A stretch of DNA of 32,000 nt from Aeropyrum pernix K1. GTDB lineage: Archaea > Thermoproteota > Thermoprotei_A > Sulfolobales > Acidilobaceae. The translations under genes were made by a program, and so were the position numbers. Of this stretch, positions 29,158-32,000 are shown one piece after another. The notes below the pieces were generated by a model. That model saw only the letters and a program-made list of their open reading frames with translations. It had not been told where the DNA came from and ran no database searches. The stretch is taken from the NCBI RefSeq assembly GCF_000011125.1, contig NC_000854.2, positions 180,001 to 212,000 on the forward strand, in the 5' to 3' direction. The first letter of the stretch is position 1. The number at the start of each line of letters is the position of its first letter.

Positions 29158-29262
29158 TCAGGTCGACGATAGCTTTTCAAAGGTTTGTTCTGCCGGGCCT
29201 CTTTTCTCGGTTTCGAGGAGTATGCTGAGGATTATGCTCGTGTCGATGTAGGCGGTTTTCAT
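29158..29262 (-). pseudogene. VapC (PIN) N-terminal fragment
   Basis: MKTAYIDTSIILSILLETEKRGPAEQTFEKLSST* has the PIN N-terminal YIDTSIIL motif and then stops. Confidence 0.75.
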
Positions 29263-29284
29263 TGTGTGTGTGCGCCTCTTCCTC

Positions 29285-29472
29285 AAGCTCTAATAGCTCT
29301 TTGATTGAGGATTTCCCGAGGGCTCCCCTATACTTCCTACGGACTTTCATAAGGTCGCGTTTACCGTTACCACTACCTCCTCGCCCTCCTCAAGATCCAA
29401 AGGCTCGAGAGGCTTTAGCACACCCTTCTCATATTTAACCCTAATAGCTTTAGATATCCCTATCTCCACCCT
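29285..29472 (-). pseudogene. VapB (AF2212-like) remnant with frameshift
   Basis: VEIGISKAIRVKYEKGVLKPLEPLDLEEGEEVVVTVNATL* then frame change to RDLMKVRRKYRGALGKSSIKELLELEEE. Confidence 0.8.
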
Positions 29473-29510
29473 CCCTAACTGCATACAGAGACTCTAAGCC
29501 ATTATCCTAG

Positions 29511-29578
29511 ATGTTGCGCTATTATCGGCTGGGAGAAGCCGGGAGTGGATGTTGCATCCTATCATGCACTAATGCAAC
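29511..29578 (+). repeat. Repeated element F (compressed spacing)
   Basis: ATGTTGCGCTATTATCG at 29511, ATGTTGCATCCTATCA at 29549, inverted ATGCAAC at 29572-29578. Confidence 0.8.
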
Positions 29579-29590
29579 ATTAATTTATTT

Positions 29591-29622
29591 GTCCCGGCCC
29601 CGGAATCCCGAGGAGCCCGCCA
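29591..29622 (+). repeat. Attachment-like copy F of the tRNA-Arg 3' end (strongly degenerate)
   Basis: GTCCCGGCCCCGGAATCCCGAGGAGCCCGCCA, followed by CCATAGGGAATATATCGGTAGCCGAGATCTCAG (29650-29682) matching the post-tRNA flank at 18554-18586. Confidence 0.7.
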
Positions 29623-29990
29623 CAACACAGTCTAAAACATTACCAAATACCATAGGGAATATATCGGTAGCCGAGATCTCAGGGTGCCGGCCCTTCGGCC
29701 AGGTGGGTTTCAGGGATGATTAAATGTTGCGTTTCTTCGCCACTTGTCCAACCGGTATACGTTGAATGGATCTACGGAGCCGTTGGAACCCAGCAGTTTT
29801 TCATCATAGCTTCATAAAAGGAGTTTATTTTAAATTTTCCTATGCTTAGGCGGCATTGTGGTTTTATTATGTGCGCGAGTCTGGTGTAATCATCAGTGTG
29901 GTACATGGGACATGCGTTTCTTCGAAGTTGTTTTGGTATATATGGTAATATATAGGAGTCCTATGTTAACGTTGTTTTTGGGTCGGCTAT

Positions 29991-30578
29991 ATGACCCCAA
30001 GTGATATCCCTGGATACGACTACGGTAGAGTGGAGAAAAGCCCTATAACCGACCTGGAGTTCGATCTTCTGAAGAAAACAGTTATGCTCGGTGAAAAAGA
30101 TGTAATGTACCTAAAGAAGGCCTGCGATGTGCTAAAGGACCAGGTTGACGAGATACTGGATCTATGGTACGGCTGGGTCGCCTCGAACGAGCACCTAATC
30201 TACTACTTCTCAAATCCGGATACTGGTGAGCCTATCAAAGAATATCTTGAGCGGGTTAGGGCCAGATTCGGGGCCTGGATCCTGGACACCACATGCCGAG
30301 ACTATAACAGGGAGTGGCTAGATTACCAGTATGAGGTAGGGCTGAGGCATCATAGGAGTAAGAAGGGAGTTACAGATGGAGTGAGGACAGTGCCGCACAT
30401 ACCACTAAGGTATTTAATAGCATTCATTTATCCAATAACAGCTACAATAAAGCCATTCCTAGCAAAGAAAGGTGGCAGCCCAGAGGATATCGAGGGAATG
30501 TATAACGCGTGGTTCAAATCAGTAGTCCTCCAAGTAGCCATTTGGAGCCATCCATACACAAAAGAAAACGACTGGTAG
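29991..30578 (+). CDS. Protoglobin
   Basis: MTPSDIPGYDYGRVEKSPITDLEFDLLKKTVMLGEKDVMYLKKA...WVASNEHLIYYF...YQYEVGLRHHRSKK; recalled as the A. pernix protoglobin sequence. Confidence 0.93.
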   Translation: MTPSDIPGYDYGRVEKSPITDLEFDLLKKTVMLGEKDVMYLKKACDVLKDQVDEILDLWYGWVASNEHLIYYFSNPDTGEPIKEYLERVRARFGAWILDTTCRDYNREWLDYQYEVGLRHHRSKKGVTDGVRTVPHIPLRYLIAFIYPITATIKPFLAKKGGSPEDIEGMYNAWFKSVVLQVAIWSHPYTKENDW

Positions 30579-30666
30579 CGCCTCCCCACATTTTTACACC
30601 TTTTTAAACCATCCACCCATATAAGCAAAATCCGAAGAACACTACTGTAACCATGGGAGCATTGTT

Positions 30667-31257
30667 ATGCATGAAGACGACGTCAGCATTAAGATAGTCT
30701 CGGCTATAGAAAGAATAGCGAGAGCCTACAGGATTCTAATAGCCAGAGAGTCGTATAAACACGGTCTAACCCCCCTCCAGGCCAGTATACTATTATACAT
30801 CTACAACTCTCCTCCAAACCACCGTACAATCAGCAGCTTAGTAAGAGAGCTTGGAGTCAAGCAGCCTACAATAAGCGACTCCGTGAGGGCACTCATATCT
30901 AAAGGGCTAGTCACATATGAGCCGCACAGGTCCGATAGAAGGGTAAAAATCCTAAAGCTAACCCCAAAAGGTGTCGAGATTGCTGAAAGCCTGAAATCCT
31001 GGCAAACTGTGGCTGCCGAAGCTGTTGACTTGAGTAGAGGAGAGAGGGAGGCGCTCTTGGAACTCCTCCTGAAATACATGGCATCACTATATAGGTATGG
31101 AGTAATAGAGGTGGCCAGAACGTGCTTCACGTGCACATACCTCGAGGCAAAAAATAGAGGCGAGGGAGTAAGCTACTATTGCAGCCTGCTGAAAAGAGAG
31201 CTTGGTAGGAGTGGGCTAAGGGTAGACTGTCCAGAGCACAGTCCTAAACGAATATGA
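30667..31257 (+). CDS. MarR-family transcriptional regulator with cysteine-rich C-terminal extension
   Basis: Winged helix (LTPLQASILLYIYNSPPNHRTISSLVRELGVKQPTISDSVRALISKGLV...PKGVEIAESL) plus CFTCTYLEAKNRGEGVSYYCSLLKRELGRSGLRVDCPEH. Confidence 0.85.
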   Translation: MHEDDVSIKIVSAIERIARAYRILIARESYKHGLTPLQASILLYIYNSPPNHRTISSLVRELGVKQPTISDSVRALISKGLVTYEPHRSDRRVKILKLTPKGVEIAESLKSWQTVAAEAVDLSRGEREALLELLLKYMASLYRYGVIEVARTCFTCTYLEAKNRGEGVSYYCSLLKRELGRSGLRVDCPEHSPKRI

Positions 31258-31408
31258 ACAGGTGAGCTTTTCAGGGAAAGCTACGCTTGGTATCTCTTAT
31301 AATGGCGTGTCGGCTCAAACACACTTAACGACTCTAACATAAACCGGGGCATGCCAGTTCTCTTCAGTGTTTGTGGAAAGTCTAGCATAAGCACGTTCAA
31401 TACACTTG

Positions 31409-31954
31409 TTATAGTTCTTTATCAGTATTTTTAGCCAAAGTGGTTTCTGCTAGAACACTTCCAAGCGATTTCTTTATAATTTCGAATATGACTTGCTCTA
31501 CGAAATGTTTAGTAACGCAGAATTCGCAGGGTTTTAGCTTCTCTGCTATTGCTACCAGCTCGTCACCTCTGGTCGCTATTAGCTTCTCCACTATTCTTTT
31601 AACATCGTCCTTAACCTCTTCAGCCATTTCCTCTATCAACTTATCTGCCTCGGGATCCCCTGTGTAGGCGTAGTACCTGCTTTTAGCGACATACTTATAC
31701 GTTCGGCCGACCCTAGTAAGATCAACAAGACCGCTGTCCTTGAGTATGGAGAGGTGATACCTAATGGTATTGGCGGTTTTCATTATCCCCCTTTCCCTGA
31801 GACTCCTAACTATCTCCTCAACACTCATAGGCCGCTCGTGAAGCATCTCCAAAATCATAATCCTAAGCTCATCACTAAGCGCCTTAGCCTCCTCAAGCCT
31901 AACTGGTATTAGCCTCCTAACCCCGCCGCTTAGCCTTAAACCCTTTTCATCCAA
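31409..31954 (-). CDS. ArsR-type winged-helix regulator with C-terminal CEFC motif
   Basis: IMILEMLHERPMSVEEIVRSLRERGIMKTANTIRYHLSILKDSGLVDLTRVGRTYKYVAKSRYYAY...LKPCEFCVTKHF. Confidence 0.8.
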   Translation of the reverse strand: MDEKGLRLSGGVRRLIPVRLEEAKALSDELRIMILEMLHERPMSVEEIVRSLRERGIMKTANTIRYHLSILKDSGLVDLTRVGRTYKYVAKSRYYAYTGDPEADKLIEEMAEEVKDDVKRIVEKLIATRGDELVAIAEKLKPCEFCVTKHFVEQVIFEIIKKSLGSVLAETTLAKNTDKEL

Positions 31955-32000
31955 ACACGCGCCACCCCCTGATAATAATACTTCCTAGGACGTTTTCACA

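Noticed and set aside
20292-29622. The repeated GC-rich blocks as functional tRNA genes
   Set aside because: Each contains only the region from the anticodon loop to CCA; D-arm and 5' acceptor strand are missing.

Overview
Chromosomal window from a hyperthermophilic crenarchaeon. The protoglobin and the secreted subtilase match my recollection of Aeropyrum pernix proteins; no database search was done. The left part (1-18.3 kb) is mostly ordinary core genome: menaquinone futalosine-pathway genes (mqnC end, mqnE, mqnA), rpo7/spt4/dephospho-CoA kinase, pyrD/pyrC, a pernisine-like protease, an aldehyde:ferredoxin oxidoreductase, a molybdate/tungstate-type ABC transporter, a tRNA-Ser and an SRP (7S) RNA. 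The right part (18.4-29.7 kb) is accessory. An intact tRNA-Arg(CCG) is followed by six further copies of its 3' end, one exact over 45 nt and the rest degenerate. Five of the six are preceded by a repeated ATGTTGCATTnTATCA motif set, at nearly fixed spacing in four of them. The copies delimit small modules, nearly all carrying toxin-antitoxin genes or their remnants (PIN/VapBC, DUF3368/UPF0175, DUF4258/DUF2283, PIN/small antitoxin) plus decayed cargo (methyltransferase, AlkA-like glycosylase, nucleoside phosphorylase). No integrase is visible. I read this as a serial attachment-site cassette array. Other notable items: a CCCUUUC slippery heptamer directly before UAG-UAG joining a LUD-domain ORF to an out-of-frame two-[4Fe-4S] ferredoxin domain (candidate -1 frameshift), a 34-aa CDGSH-like protein ending CDGSC, and an orphan 88-aa/669-aa gene pair.
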